64,000 nucleotides of DNA from the IMG/VR virus record IMGVR_UViG_3300027901_000780; one strand, written 5' to 3'. The stretch is from an uncultured virus (IMG/VR IMGVR_UViG_3300027901_000780). Taxonomy: Duplodnaviria > Heunggongvirae > Uroviricota > Caudoviricetes. Position 1 is the stretch's first letter. Every line of letters starts with the position of its first letter. Under the pieces are notes generated by a model. It was given only the letters and a program-made list of their open reading frames with translations. It did not search any database and had not been told where the DNA came from. Both the position numbers and the translations under genes were made by a program. Shown here piece by piece: positions 51,917 to 61,827 of this stretch.

Positions 51917-52264
51917 ATGCCAATAATAAAAAGAGATGGAACTGTAATAAAGGAAGTAGAAACTAAGGAAGGTGAAGAAGAATTATATGTTGTAGATTTA
52001 CTAATATTAAAGGAAAATAGAGAAATATTTGAAAGAGTAAAAAAAGTTTGTGAAGATATTAGTAAGAAAGATGAAACATTTGAGTATAAAATTTCAATGG
52101 AAAGTGATAAAACTAAATTCTTAGTTATAAAGGTATTTGGTAATGAAAATTTTAATCAAGCAAAGAAAAGGGGTAAATGGTTTAATTATAAGGTAGATGG
52201 AAAAATATTATATAAGGTACATAAAGTTGTTTATGGAGATGATTATGGTGGCAAGACCAAGTAA
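51917..52264 (+). CDS. Hypothetical protein, paralog of 41768-42175
   Basis: Start MPIIKRDG after GGTGTGA; VKKVCEDISKKDETFEYK..VIKVFGN..RGK. Confidence 0.8.
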   Translation: MPIIKRDGTVIKEVETKEGEEELYVVDLLILKENREIFERVKKVCEDISKKDETFEYKISMESDKTKFLVIKVFGNENFNQAKKRGKWFNYKVDGKILYKVHKVVYGDDYGGKTK

Positions 52265-52376
52265 TCCATGTAAGGGATGTACAGAAAAGAATCCTGAAGC
52301 ATGTAGGCAATGTGAAGAATATGAAAGAAATAATGATCCATTATATAAAGATAGAGAAAGAATTTTTACTTTATGA
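52245..52376 (+). CDS. Small Cys-rich protein (43 aa, not in ORF track)
   Basis: MVARPSNPCKGCTEKNPEACRQCEEY...; GGAGATGA RBS. Confidence 0.65.
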   Translation: MVARPSNPCKGCTEKNPEACRQCEEYERNNDPLYKDRERIFTL

Positions 52377-52389
52377 GTTGATATAAATA

Positions 52390-52521
52390 ATGCCTTTTGA
52401 TAAGGAAAAAGAAAAAACATTAGAAAAAGATAAAAATTATAAAAAATTAGATAAAAAAATAAAAAATAATGATAAATATACACAAATATTAAAAAAAATA
52501 TGTTCGGATTTAGATAAATAA
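52390..52521 (+). CDS. Small basic protein with MPF N-terminus (43 aa, not in ORF track)
   Basis: MPFDKEKEKTLEKDK...ICSDLDK. Confidence 0.6.
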   Translation: MPFDKEKEKTLEKDKNYKKLDKKIKNNDKYTQILKKICSDLDK

Positions 52522-52532
52522 GTGATAAGTAT

Positions 52533-52766
52533 ATGGATGATGAAGATGAAGAATTATATGAATTATTAAGAACATCAAATAAAAAAGAATTATTAAAAAA
52601 TATTGATGAAAGTAAAATAAAAATATGTGAAAGATGTGGATTAAAGTTTATATTTAAGTTTTCACATGTAAATAAGAAAACAAGAAAACCAATATTTAAA
52701 AGGTATCATATAAATACAAGGGATGGAAGTTGTCCAAGAAAAGGAAAGAAATATTTTCCAAAATAA
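52533..52766 (+). CDS. Small Zn-finger protein
   Basis: CERC...H......C. Confidence 0.75.
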   Translation: MDDEDEELYELLRTSNKKELLKNIDESKIKICERCGLKFIFKFSHVNKKTRKPIFKRYHINTRDGSCPRKGKKYFPK

Positions 52767-52789
52767 ATTAATAAGGAGATAAATAGATA

Positions 52790-55510
52790 ATGCCATTTTT
52801 AACTACTACTGGAGAAGAAATAAAAAAAGTGTATGGAGTGGATGAACCAGTAGAAGATAATATATATATGGTAGTAGGTGTCGATTATAATGGTTATGAA
52901 AAAAAGATGGTTGGTAATATTGAGATAAGGGGTTGTGCAATAATAAAATTATATGATATAATGACAGGAGAAATAAAGTTTTGGAATGATAATACAAATC
53001 ATTTACCTTATATGTTGGCAATAATAAGAAAGGGTGATGGAGAGGATTATTATTTAATAAAGGAAAGAGTTGAAAGTAATATAATACTTAATCCAGAGAA
53101 GAGTGAAAATATAATATTTTTTGAAAGTATTATAAAGAAAAATCCATTGATTGATGAAGAAGAAGAGGAATATGTTAAAGTTGTTGCTGGTGATCCACTT
53201 ACGATAGGAGATTTAAGGAGAAGAATGAGGGATGAAAATATAAAAGAAGGAAAAATAAGATATTATAAGTGTTATACTTATGATGAGAAAATAGAAATAG
53301 GATTAATGTATAAGATAGTTGATGACAAATTAATAAAGGTAGATACTGAGATAGATGATAAAATAAGAAAATTTTTCAAAGAAAGGATAGAATTAAAAAC
53401 AGATGATGAAATAAGGGTATTTAGTAGGATGTTAAAGTCATTTTTTGTTAAGATTCCTACATTTAAGAAGGTATTAGGGTTAGATATTGAAGTATATAAT
53501 GTTGGTGTAACACCAAAAGAGTTTAAGACATTTGCAGAGGATGGAAATTATCCAATAGTTACAATATCATTTGTTTCTGATGATGGAATGATGAAAGTAT
53601 TTTCATTAAATATAAAAGGGAGAAAGAGAGGTAATAAAGAAGAAATTATTAAAAAAATGAAAAAACAATATCAGTTTAATTATAAATTAGATGATGTAGA
53701 ATTTGAATTTTTTGATAGTGAAAAAAGGATGTTAGAAAATACATTTGAAATAATAGATAGATATTCAATTGTATGTACATTTAATGGAGATGAATTTGAT
53801 TTTAGGTATATATATAATAGGGCAATGAATAAATATGGATTTAAAAAGTGGCAATTTCCATTTATTATGAGAGATTTTATGGGAAAACATACAATAAATT
53901 TGAAGAATGGTATTCATATAGATGAATATCATTTTATAGGTGAAAATCAATCAATAAGAACATATGCACTAAGAGGTAAATTAAAGTTTAAGAGTTTAGA
54001 TCATGCAGGAGAAAAATTGTTAGATGAAAGAAAGTTAGATGTTAGTATGGATGATATAGATAAATATGATGATTATGAATTAGGATTTTATTGTTTGCAA
54101 GATTCATATATAACATATAAATTAATGACATATAATAATCAAATGTTGTTAAAGTTAGTAGTAATGTTAATGAGATTAACTACAACGACAATGGATGATT
54201 TATGTAGATACCAAATAAGTAATTGGTTACATAATATGATGGATTGTTATCATAGATATTTAAATATGGTTATACCTAATCCAATTGAAATAAGAAAGAA
54301 GGTAAAGTATGCTCATACAAAGGCAAAAGTAAAGGGAAAGAAATTTCAAGGTGCAATAGTAGTACAACCAAAGTTAGGAGTACATTTTAATGTAGTATGT
54401 TTAGACTTTGGTTCATTATATCCAACAGTAATAAAGGATTGGAATTTGTCATATGAAACAGTAAATTGTGGTCATGATGAATGTATTGAGTGTGAAACTA
54501 ATAAAATACCAGAAACAAAACATTATTATTGTATAAAAAGGAGAGGAATATTTAGTTTATTAATTGGACTAATAAGAGATTTTAGATTATATTATTTTAA
54601 GGAGAAGGCAAAGAATAAGGATAAATCATTAACACCAGAAGAAGAAGAATTATATAAAACAATTGAACAAGCATTAAAAGTTATAATGAATGCAAGTTAT
54701 GGTGTTGAAGGAAGTGAAGAATTTTATTATTTTTCATTACCAGTAGCAGAGAGTACAACAGCAATAGCAAGATATTCAACTAAAAAATTAATTAAGAAAT
54801 GTGAAGAAATGGGAATATTTGTTATATATGGTGATACTGATAGTGTATTTTTATATGAACCGACAGAAGAACAAATAAATAATTTGATAGGTTGGTCATT
54901 TAATGAATTAGGTATTGAATTAGGTATAGATTATGAATTTATATGGTGTGCATTTAGTGAAAGAAAGAAGAATTATGTTGGATTAGGTGTAGATGGAGAA
55001 TTGAGTATAAAAGGATTAACTGGAAAAAAGAAGCATGTACCAGAGTTTCTTAAGAATATATTTAATTTAATAACACAATTATTAATATCAATGAGAAATC
55101 AAAGGGATGTATTAGATACTGTTAATTTAATAAAAGGTTCAGTAAGAGATATGTTAAATAAATTTTATAAGAGAAGGTTTGAATTAGAAGATTTAGTATA
55201 TAGAGTAGAGTTACATAGAGATATAGAAGATTATAAAGGTAATCCACCACATGTAAAGGTGGCAATGATGCTACAAAATAGTGGGGAAGATGTAAAGGCA
55301 GGAGATACAATAGAATATATAAAAACAACAGGAAAACATAGTGCTAAACCATTAAAATTTGTGAGAAGGCATGAAGTAAATACAAAACAATATGAAAGAG
55401 AAATGAAATCAATGTTAGAACAAGTTTTAGATTGTTTTAATATAAATTGGAGTGAAGTTAAAGGTCAAATATCAAAGGGACAATTTGAAAATATGTTGGG
55501 AATGGTATAA
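52790..55510 (+). CDS. polB: Family B DNA polymerase, archaeal PolB1-like
   Basis: ExoI LDIEV, ExoII FNGDEFD, ExoIII YCLQD, DFGSLYP, QALKVIMNASYG, YGDTDS, KKNY. Confidence 0.97.
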   Translation: MPFLTTTGEEIKKVYGVDEPVEDNIYMVVGVDYNGYEKKMVGNIEIRGCAIIKLYDIMTGEIKFWNDNTNHLPYMLAIIRKGDGEDYYLIKERVESNIILNPEKSENIIFFESIIKKNPLIDEEEEEYVKVVAGDPLTIGDLRRRMRDENIKEGKIRYYKCYTYDEKIEIGLMYKIVDDKLIKVDTEIDDKIRKFFKERIELKTDDEIRVFSRMLKSFFVKIPTFKKVLGLDIEVYNVGVTPKEFKTFAEDGNYPIVTISFVSDDGMMKVFSLNIKGRKRGNKEEIIKKMKKQYQFNYKLDDVEFEFFDSEKRMLENTFEIIDRYSIVCTFNGDEFDFRYIYNRAMNKYGFKKWQFPFIMRDFMGKHTINLKNGIHIDEYHFIGENQSIRTYALRGKLKFKSLDHAGEKLLDERKLDVSMDDIDKYDDYELGFYCLQDSYITYKLMTYNNQMLLKLVVMLMRLTTTTMDDLCRYQISNWLHNMMDCYHRYLNMVIPNPIEIRKKVKYAHTKAKVKGKKFQGAIVVQPKLGVHFNVVCLDFGSLYPTVIKDWNLSYETVNCGHDECIECETNKIPETKHYYCIKRRGIFSLLIGLIRDFRLYYFKEKAKNKDKSLTPEEEELYKTIEQALKVIMNASYGVEGSEEFYYFSLPVAESTTAIARYSTKKLIKKCEEMGIFVIYGDTDSVFLYEPTEEQINNLIGWSFNELGIELGIDYEFIWCAFSERKKNYVGLGVDGELSIKGLTGKKKHVPEFLKNIFNLITQLLISMRNQRDVLDTVNLIKGSVRDMLNKFYKRRFELEDLVYRVELHRDIEDYKGNPPHVKVAMMLQNSGEDVKAGDTIEYIKTTGKHSAKPLKFVRRHEVNTKQYEREMKSMLEQVLDCFNINWSEVKGQISKGQFENMLGMV

Positions 55511-55539
55511 TAATATAATATAAAATGGAGATGATATAG

Positions 55540-56013
55540 ATGTTAAAAGAAGAAGAATTAAAAAAAATAAAAAATATTAAAAAAGAAGAAAAAGAAGAAA
55601 TGAAAAATAAATATTATAAGTTTCCAAATAATATAGAAGAAGTAAGAAGTATAGTAGTAGAAGAAAATGAAAATAATAAAATAATAATTATAGATTATTT
55701 TACTAATTCATGTACTCCATGTAAGTTTTTAGATAATATATTATTGGGAGTATTTAAGTATTATGAAGATAAAGGAATAAAGGATAAATTTTCATTATTA
55801 AAAATTAATTTAGATAATGATAATTTATTAGATTTAGCGGTAACATTTGGTATAAAGGCAATACCAACATTAATGTTTATAAAGAATAGTGAATTACAAA
55901 AAGTAAAAATGAAGGATGATGATGGAGAAATAAGGGAACATGAAATATTGGTTGGGTTGAAAGAACCTGAGGTATATGTTAGTATATTTAATAAGATAAT
56001 GGAAGGTAAATAA
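55540..56013 (+). CDS. Thioredoxin
   Basis: IIDYFTNSCTPCK, FGIKAIPTLMFIKN. Confidence 0.9.
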   Translation: MLKEEELKKIKNIKKEEKEEMKNKYYKFPNNIEEVRSIVVEENENNKIIIIDYFTNSCTPCKFLDNILLGVFKYYEDKGIKDKFSLLKINLDNDNLLDLAVTFGIKAIPTLMFIKNSELQKVKMKDDDGEIREHEILVGLKEPEVYVSIFNKIMEGK

Positions 56014-56529
56014 ATGGTAAAAGAAAATATAATATTTGATTTTGATGGTACATTACAATCAAATGTATTTAGTGAATTATCATATGGAGAATATTTAACA
56101 ATACCATTTGAAGAAAAGGTAGGTAGAATAAAAAATTCTGGATATTATGAAAGTGCTAAGATAATTATGAATGAATTAAAAGGTAAATATAATATTTATA
56201 TAGTAACGGGGAGAAGTGAAGATTTGAGGGAGGTAAGTGAGGAATGGTTGAATAAATATAATTTTATTTATGATGAATTAATTATGATACCTGAGGAATG
56301 GAAAACAATAGATGAATATTATACATTTAAGATTAAAGAGGTAAATAATATAAAACCTATTATTGTAATAGATGATTCAATAGTATTTTTGGGTAAGGTA
56401 ATAGCATTTTCATTTAAGGTTGGGAATCCAATTGGAGTATTTTATATAAGAAATGAAAAATCATGGAATTTTAAATTTTTAAAGAATATAATAAATAATA
56501 TTAAAGAAGAAAGAAATAGGAGTAAATAA
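56014..56529 (+). CDS. HAD-family phosphatase (nucleotidase/PNKP-like)
   Basis: IFDFDGTL, IVTGR, K, VIDDS. Confidence 0.9.
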   Translation: MVKENIIFDFDGTLQSNVFSELSYGEYLTIPFEEKVGRIKNSGYYESAKIIMNELKGKYNIYIVTGRSEDLREVSEEWLNKYNFIYDELIMIPEEWKTIDEYYTFKIKEVNNIKPIIVIDDSIVFLGKVIAFSFKVGNPIGVFYIRNEKSWNFKFLKNIINNIKEERNRSK

Positions 56530-56531
56530 AA

Positions 56532-56801
56532 ATGAGTGTATATCATAAGAAATATGAATATTATGTTAAAGTAATTGATAATGAAAAAGAGGTTAGAGAA
56601 TTAATAAGGAAATATTTATTAGAGAAGTTAAGTGATTCACTAAATATAGATTTTGAATTTAATATTAGTAATATAGCAAGTAAATTTAATTGTTATATAA
56701 AATGGGTTATAGAAGAAATGAATAAGATATTAAAAACTTTAAAAAATAATATTACTAAATTAGAAATTTGTTTATATAATTATAAAAAATATAGAAAATA
56801 A
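56532..56801 (+). CDS. Hypothetical protein
   Basis: ORF in operon. Confidence 0.7.
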   Translation: MSVYHKKYEYYVKVIDNEKEVRELIRKYLLEKLSDSLNIDFEFNISNIASKFNCYIKWVIEEMNKILKTLKNNITKLEICLYNYKKYRK

Positions 56802-56805
56802 ATGG

Positions 56806-57129
56806 ATGTTAATTAGTTTGGGAATTTATACAAAGAAAGGATTAAAAATAGCAGATGGATATATAAGGATTATATATGGTGATAGGGGCGATTATATAGA
56901 GGTTAATTCAAGACAAATTATATTAGGTAATTTACATATACCAGAAGATAAAAAGTGGAAGGAAAGTAATTATAAAGTTTATTATATAGAATATAGAAGC
57001 AATGATAAATGTAATGTAAAGGTATATTATCAAAAGAAAGAGGTTAGTTATGCTGATTATAAAATTGGATATTATTATATATCTCTTAATGATGTAAATA
57101 TAATAAGTGAAACAATAAAGATGAGTTGA
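56806..57129 (+). CDS. Hypothetical protein
   Basis: IADGYIRIIYGDRGDYIE..YADYKIGYYYIS. Confidence 0.75.
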   Translation: MLISLGIYTKKGLKIADGYIRIIYGDRGDYIEVNSRQIILGNLHIPEDKKWKESNYKVYYIEYRSNDKCNVKVYYQKKEVSYADYKIGYYYISLNDVNIISETIKMS

Positions 57130-57133
57130 TAAA

Positions 57134-57838
57134 ATGAATAATATTAATGAAACAATTAAAATAGGAATGGTGGGAACACATGGTATTGGAAAAACTGAAT
57201 ATGTTAAGATGTTGTATAATTGGTTCATTAATGATAATAGTATAAAATATACAAAAGATGATATTGCATATATATATGAAATAGTTAGGGATTGTCCATA
57301 TCAAGTAAATGAAAAGACATCATTAAAGGCACAAAAATGGATTCTTGATAATCAAATTGATAGAGAAAGACATTTTTATGAATTAAATAAAAAAATTATA
57401 ATAACTGATAGAACAGTTATAGATAATTTTGCATATTTATTATATGCAAAGAGGGTATCAGCAAAAGATATGAAAGTTAAAGATGTTGTAAAGTATGCGG
57501 GTGATGTTGATTTTTGGTTGGATGTTCATCCATATAATATAATATTTTATATAAGGATACCTAATAATTTAGAATATAATGAAATAACTATATATGATGA
57601 TGGTTTTAGGTCTATAAATAAGAAATTTCAATTAGAAATAGATAAAATAATTGAAGTAATATTAATTAATAGATTTAATTTAAATGTGATAGATTATTAT
57701 GAAATTGATGAAGAATATGTAAGGATTCATAAATATAATAATATATTTATGATTAATGCTGATTATGGTAATTTAACAGAAGGGTTTAATAAGATATTAG
57801 AGGTAATAAAGAAATATAATGGGATGGGGTTGATATAG
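57134..57838 (+). CDS. P-loop nucleoside/nucleotide kinase-like (NadR/AAA_28 type)
   Basis: GTHGIGKT, ITDRTVIDNFAY, DDGFRS. Confidence 0.85.
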   Translation: MNNINETIKIGMVGTHGIGKTEYVKMLYNWFINDNSIKYTKDDIAYIYEIVRDCPYQVNEKTSLKAQKWILDNQIDRERHFYELNKKIIITDRTVIDNFAYLLYAKRVSAKDMKVKDVVKYAGDVDFWLDVHPYNIIFYIRIPNNLEYNEITIYDDGFRSINKKFQLEIDKIIEVILINRFNLNVIDYYEIDEEYVRIHKYNNIFMINADYGNLTEGFNKILEVIKKYNGMGLI

Positions 57839-58650
57839 TGCCATTTTCAAATGAAACTGATGAGGAAATAAAAGAGAGAACAATGGAAATTATTAAAATT
57901 AGTGATGAAGATAAATATTTGATAGAACAATTAAAGAAAAACATTAAGAATGGTGTAAGAAAGAGTAGAATAAAATCAGTTGTTTATTATAAGAATAGAG
58001 GACATTGGGGAGATAATAAATTTAGAGGAAATACAACAGGAAAATTATTAATAGATTTATTTAACTATTATTTACCAACTAAGGTATATGATCCAATGGA
58101 AGGAAGTGGAACAGTAAGAGATGTATGTATAGAAGCAGAGATAGATTATATTGGGAATGATTTAATAAGTGGGGGTTATGATTTATTATATTTACCAGAA
58201 TTGAGATTATTAAAGAATTTAAAGGTGGAGTTAATTGATTTTATTTTCTTTCATCCGCCATATTGGGACATTATAAAGTATTATGATTTGTATAATACAA
58301 ATAAGGATGATTGTTTAAGTGGGTGTGAAACATATAAAGAATATTTAGAATCTTTAAGATTATGTATAGATATATTATGGCAAATATTAAGAAAAGGTGG
58401 GCATTTGGTTATACAATTAGGAGATAAAAGAAAGGATAATAGATATTATCCAATAACATTTGATATATATCAAAGATTAAGTAATTTATTTATAATACCA
58501 AATCAATTATATTTAGAACAGATAATAATAAAAGTACAAGAGTATTATAAAAATGGGACAGAAGGTGTTGGTATTGAAGGGTATAATATGTTTGGAACAC
58601 CAATAATACCAATAAATCATGAATATATATTAATATTAAGGAAGATTTAA
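57838..58650 (+). CDS. DNA amino-methyltransferase (N4-C/N6-A)
   Basis: YDPMEGSGT SAM-binding motif, FFHPPYW catalytic motif. Confidence 0.9.
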   Translation: MPFSNETDEEIKERTMEIIKISDEDKYLIEQLKKNIKNGVRKSRIKSVVYYKNRGHWGDNKFRGNTTGKLLIDLFNYYLPTKVYDPMEGSGTVRDVCIEAEIDYIGNDLISGGYDLLYLPELRLLKNLKVELIDFIFFHPPYWDIIKYYDLYNTNKDDCLSGCETYKEYLESLRLCIDILWQILRKGGHLVIQLGDKRKDNRYYPITFDIYQRLSNLFIIPNQLYLEQIIIKVQEYYKNGTEGVGIEGYNMFGTPIIPINHEYILILRKI

Positions 58651-58653
58651 AAG

Positions 58654-58830
58654 ATGCCATTTGAAAAAATAATTGATGAGATTGATGATAATAATAAATC
58701 TAAAAAGAAACCTAAATATATTAAAAAATGTATTAAATGTAATAAAGATATGATAGGAAAAAAGAAGGGAAATATTATAACATATTTTCATAAAGAATGT
58801 AGGTATGGATTATTAGTGGTGATAAATTAA
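58654..58830 (+). CDS. Small Zn-finger protein with MPF N-terminus (58 aa, not in ORF track)
   Basis: MPFEKIIDE..CIKC..FHKEC. Confidence 0.7.
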   Translation: MPFEKIIDEIDDNNKSKKKPKYIKKCIKCNKDMIGKKKGNIITYFHKECRYGLLVVIN

Positions 58831-58831
58831 T

Positions 58832-59086
58832 ATGAGTAAGGTATTAGTATTAACAGATTTACAAGTATATTTATTATTAAATAAGTTACTACATTCATGT
58901 GGTCATTGTATTAGAAGTCCTAAAGAGAGAAATTGTAGAGAGTGTGAATGGAAAACACTAATATTAGAATTATATGAGCCAAAAGACCAAGAAGAAGAAG
59001 AATATTTAAGTCGTTATGATATTGATGAACCATTACCTTTATATGATATTAGAAAAGGAATGAATGAGAGGATGAAACCAAAATGA
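58832..59086 (+). CDS. Small Cys-rich protein
   Basis: CGHC..CREC. Confidence 0.75.
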   Translation: MSKVLVLTDLQVYLLLNKLLHSCGHCIRSPKERNCRECEWKTLILELYEPKDQEEEEYLSRYDIDEPLPLYDIRKGMNERMKPK

Positions 59087-59583
59087 GTAGAGTACTAACA
59101 AAAGATGAACAGGGAATTATATGTGATGGTTGTTGTAGATCAATAGAAGATTTTATGATAGAAAAAATGGTATTATATAGAAAATATAAGTGGAAAAATG
59201 AAGAAGGAAAATATTATTTAAAAATTGGAGAAAGACCAAAAGAAATACCAAATTATAAGTTTTGGAGAGCAAGATTACTTAAATTTCATAATGAAGAATG
59301 TGTAAAAAAGAGATGTGAAATGTTTAATAAGGTATGTGGGGATAATGATGGATTATGTTATAGTAAGAAGAAAGGAACAAAATGTTATTTAGTAGTTATA
59401 TGTAGATTTATTAATTTAGTTATATATTTAGAAAGAGATTTAGATTATCAACAAAAGAATATTGAAAGATTAAAAAGATTAGGGTTATATATAGAACCAG
59501 AAGATAAGAGATATTGTAAGAAATGTGGTTATATGATGCACAAAGATTTTATTAAAGAACATGAAGCAAAGTGTAAAAAATAG
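59083..59583 (+). CDS. Cys-rich Zn-finger protein
   Basis: CDGC..HNEEC, CKKC..HEAKC. Confidence 0.8.
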   Translation: MSRVLTKDEQGIICDGCCRSIEDFMIEKMVLYRKYKWKNEEGKYYLKIGERPKEIPNYKFWRARLLKFHNEECVKKRCEMFNKVCGDNDGLCYSKKKGTKCYLVVICRFINLVIYLERDLDYQQKNIERLKRLGLYIEPEDKRYCKKCGYMMHKDFIKEHEAKCKK

Positions 59584-59586
59584 GAG

Positions 59587-60234
59587 ATGAATAAATTGAA
59601 TGGAGATAAAGAGAAAAGGTTTGGAATAGTAAATTATTTTGAAATAGAAATGAATAATGGAGAAATAAAAGTATTAATGGAACATTGTCCTAAATGTGAG
59701 AGTATTTTAGATAAATATGAACCAAATAGGTGTAAGTGGGTTGATTGTAATTGGAATATAAAAAGAGAGGAAATAATAGGTTCAGTATTATTAATAGGGA
59801 GTATGAGATTTAATAAGTTATTCTTTGAATTAGAGAAACAATTAACATTTTTTGGATATAATATAATAATGCCATATATAGATGGTATATATAATAAAAG
59901 TAATTATTCTAAAGAACAATGGAATTATTTAGAGTTACATATATTAAAGAAGATTGATTTAGTAGATGCGGTATTTGTTATAAATGATAAAATGGATGTT
60001 AGTGATGAAGAAGGTTATATTGGAGAACATACAAAAGAAGAAATTTTATATACAATACTAACAAAGAGTAATAGTAATTATGAAGATTGGTGGAAATATA
60101 TTGGTAAAATATACAAGATTGATGTATATAAAATATTAGAAAAGGATAATGTAAGTAGTAAAATACAAAAATGGAATAATTGGGGAATGAATTTTCATAG
60201 TGAAGAAATAATGAATCTTATTAAGGCATTATAA
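59587..60234 (+). CDS. Zn ribbon plus nucleoside 2-deoxyribosyltransferase-like domain
   Basis: LIGSMRF, KKIDLVDAVFVIN, GYIGEHTKEEI. Confidence 0.65.
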   Translation: MNKLNGDKEKRFGIVNYFEIEMNNGEIKVLMEHCPKCESILDKYEPNRCKWVDCNWNIKREEIIGSVLLIGSMRFNKLFFELEKQLTFFGYNIIMPYIDGIYNKSNYSKEQWNYLELHILKKIDLVDAVFVINDKMDVSDEEGYIGEHTKEEILYTILTKSNSNYEDWWKYIGKIYKIDVYKILEKDNVSSKIQKWNNWGMNFHSEEIMNLIKAL

Positions 60235-60371
60235 GGGAGAAGATATGGTATAGAATATATTTTTGTGATGATGAATAAACCTCTAATTAATTGATAGAGT
60301 TTTTTTCATATTTTCTCTATTAATATGAAGAAGAAATGTAGAACTGAACAAAAATATAAATATATTTAATA

Positions 60372-60944
60372 ATGGTGATGTATATGAAATATACAGAAGA
60401 ATTTCATAATATATATATATTAATAAGAGATGAAGTATTACTCTTTATAAAAAGAAATAATAATGGAGTAGAATCAGAATTTATACATTATTATATTAGA
60501 AATTTAAAAGAAAATCCAAGAAATGATAAAGATAAGAAATATAAGATATTAAATTTTGAAGAAAGACTTGATGGATGGGGTTTTCATATTAAAATTAATT
60601 ATTATTGTGAAATATTACAGAAGGTATTAAATGAATTAGTAAGAAGAAGTATAATAACAATAAAAGAATTTGATAAGTATATATTAACAGAAGTAGGATT
60701 GGGGTTAATTAATTTAGAAATAGAAAATAAACCACATATTTTTCCATTAGATAAGATGATTAAAATAAATAAGGCAACGGTAGGACAAAAATGGTTATAT
60801 ATGGTAAAAGAATTAGGGGGTATGGGAAATATGTTATGGGAAAATATAGATGTAGATGTATTAATGGATTCATTTGCCAGTAGGATAATGAAGGAAACAA
60901 TGGAATTAATGATGTTAATAAGAAAAAGGAGAGAAAATAAATGA
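60372..60944 (+). CDS. Winged-helix-containing hypothetical protein
   Basis: VLNELVRRSII..YILTEVG. Confidence 0.7.
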   Translation: MVMYMKYTEEFHNIYILIRDEVLLFIKRNNNGVESEFIHYYIRNLKENPRNDKDKKYKILNFEERLDGWGFHIKINYYCEILQKVLNELVRRSIITIKEFDKYILTEVGLGLINLEIENKPHIFPLDKMIKINKATVGQKWLYMVKELGGMGNMLWENIDVDVLMDSFASRIMKETMELMMLIRKRRENK

Positions 60945-61426
60945 ATAATGATGAATTTATAAAGAAATTAGAAAGTTATAAATTTGTGGATAGGGTAATA
61001 TCATTTTTTGAAGGAGAAAAGAAAGTATTTAGAAAGGTTAAAAATCCATATTTAAAGATTGGATTTAAAGATATAGATGTAAATAATATGTTTATAGTGA
61101 AGATAACAGAGAGAGGAATTTATATAGTAAGAAATTTTGGATTAAGTATAAATGTATATGCTGAAAGTATTAATGATGATATAGAAGGATGTAAAAATAA
61201 ATTAATTTTAGATATTATTAGTACATTAGATGAGATTGATTATATATTAAAAATTAATGAAAGTGATGTAACATGTGATACTTGTAATAGAAGGTATAAT
61301 GAAGATAATATAAAAAGATGTCCTTTTGGGGTAATAGTATGTTATAAGTGTGAAAATAATCCAGATAAGTGTGATTATATAAGTTTTAATCAGTCATGTA
61401 CAAATAAATGTGGTAAAAAAATATAA
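60941..61426 (+). CDS. Hypothetical protein with C-terminal Zn finger
   Basis: CDTC..CPFG..CYKC. Confidence 0.75.
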   Translation: MNNDEFIKKLESYKFVDRVISFFEGEKKVFRKVKNPYLKIGFKDIDVNNMFIVKITERGIYIVRNFGLSINVYAESINDDIEGCKNKLILDIISTLDEIDYILKINESDVTCDTCNRRYNEDNIKRCPFGVIVCYKCENNPDKCDYISFNQSCTNKCGKKI

Positions 61427-61448
61427 GTGAATTAGAAGGTATTAAGGC

Positions 61449-61814
61449 TTGAAATTAAAAAAGAAAAAAAAGAATAATAATAATAATTATTTTAGTATAA
61501 TAGTAGAAAAGGAAAAGGATAAAGAAGATAAATTATATTATAATATACATTTTAAATATCATAAATTTAGTAAGAGTGATATAATGTATGCAATATTACA
61601 TTTATTTTTTAATGATGTAATGAAAGCAATTAGGAAAAATAAAAATAAACATAATTTAGATGAAAAGAAAGATAAAAAAACTATAAGGATGATTGCTTAT
61701 CAATCATTAATTAATCAAATAAATGGTAATCTTTTAAGACTTTTAAAGAATATAAATAATAATTTAGAAAATAAAAAAGATAATAATAAGGAAGAGTTTA
61801 ATTATTTTATATAG
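61449..61814 (+). CDS. Hypothetical protein
   Basis: ORF in operon. Confidence 0.7.
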   Translation: MKLKKKKKNNNNNYFSIIVEKEKDKEDKLYYNIHFKYHKFSKSDIMYAILHLFFNDVMKAIRKNKNKHNLDEKKDKKTIRMIAYQSLINQINGNLLRLLKNINNNLENKKDNNKEEFNYFI

Positions 61815-61827
61815 GGAGATGATATAT

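Noticed and set aside
52790..55510. Intein or protein-primed type in PolB
   Set aside because: Motifs are contiguous, length is normal, and no intein termini or TPR-type insertions are evident
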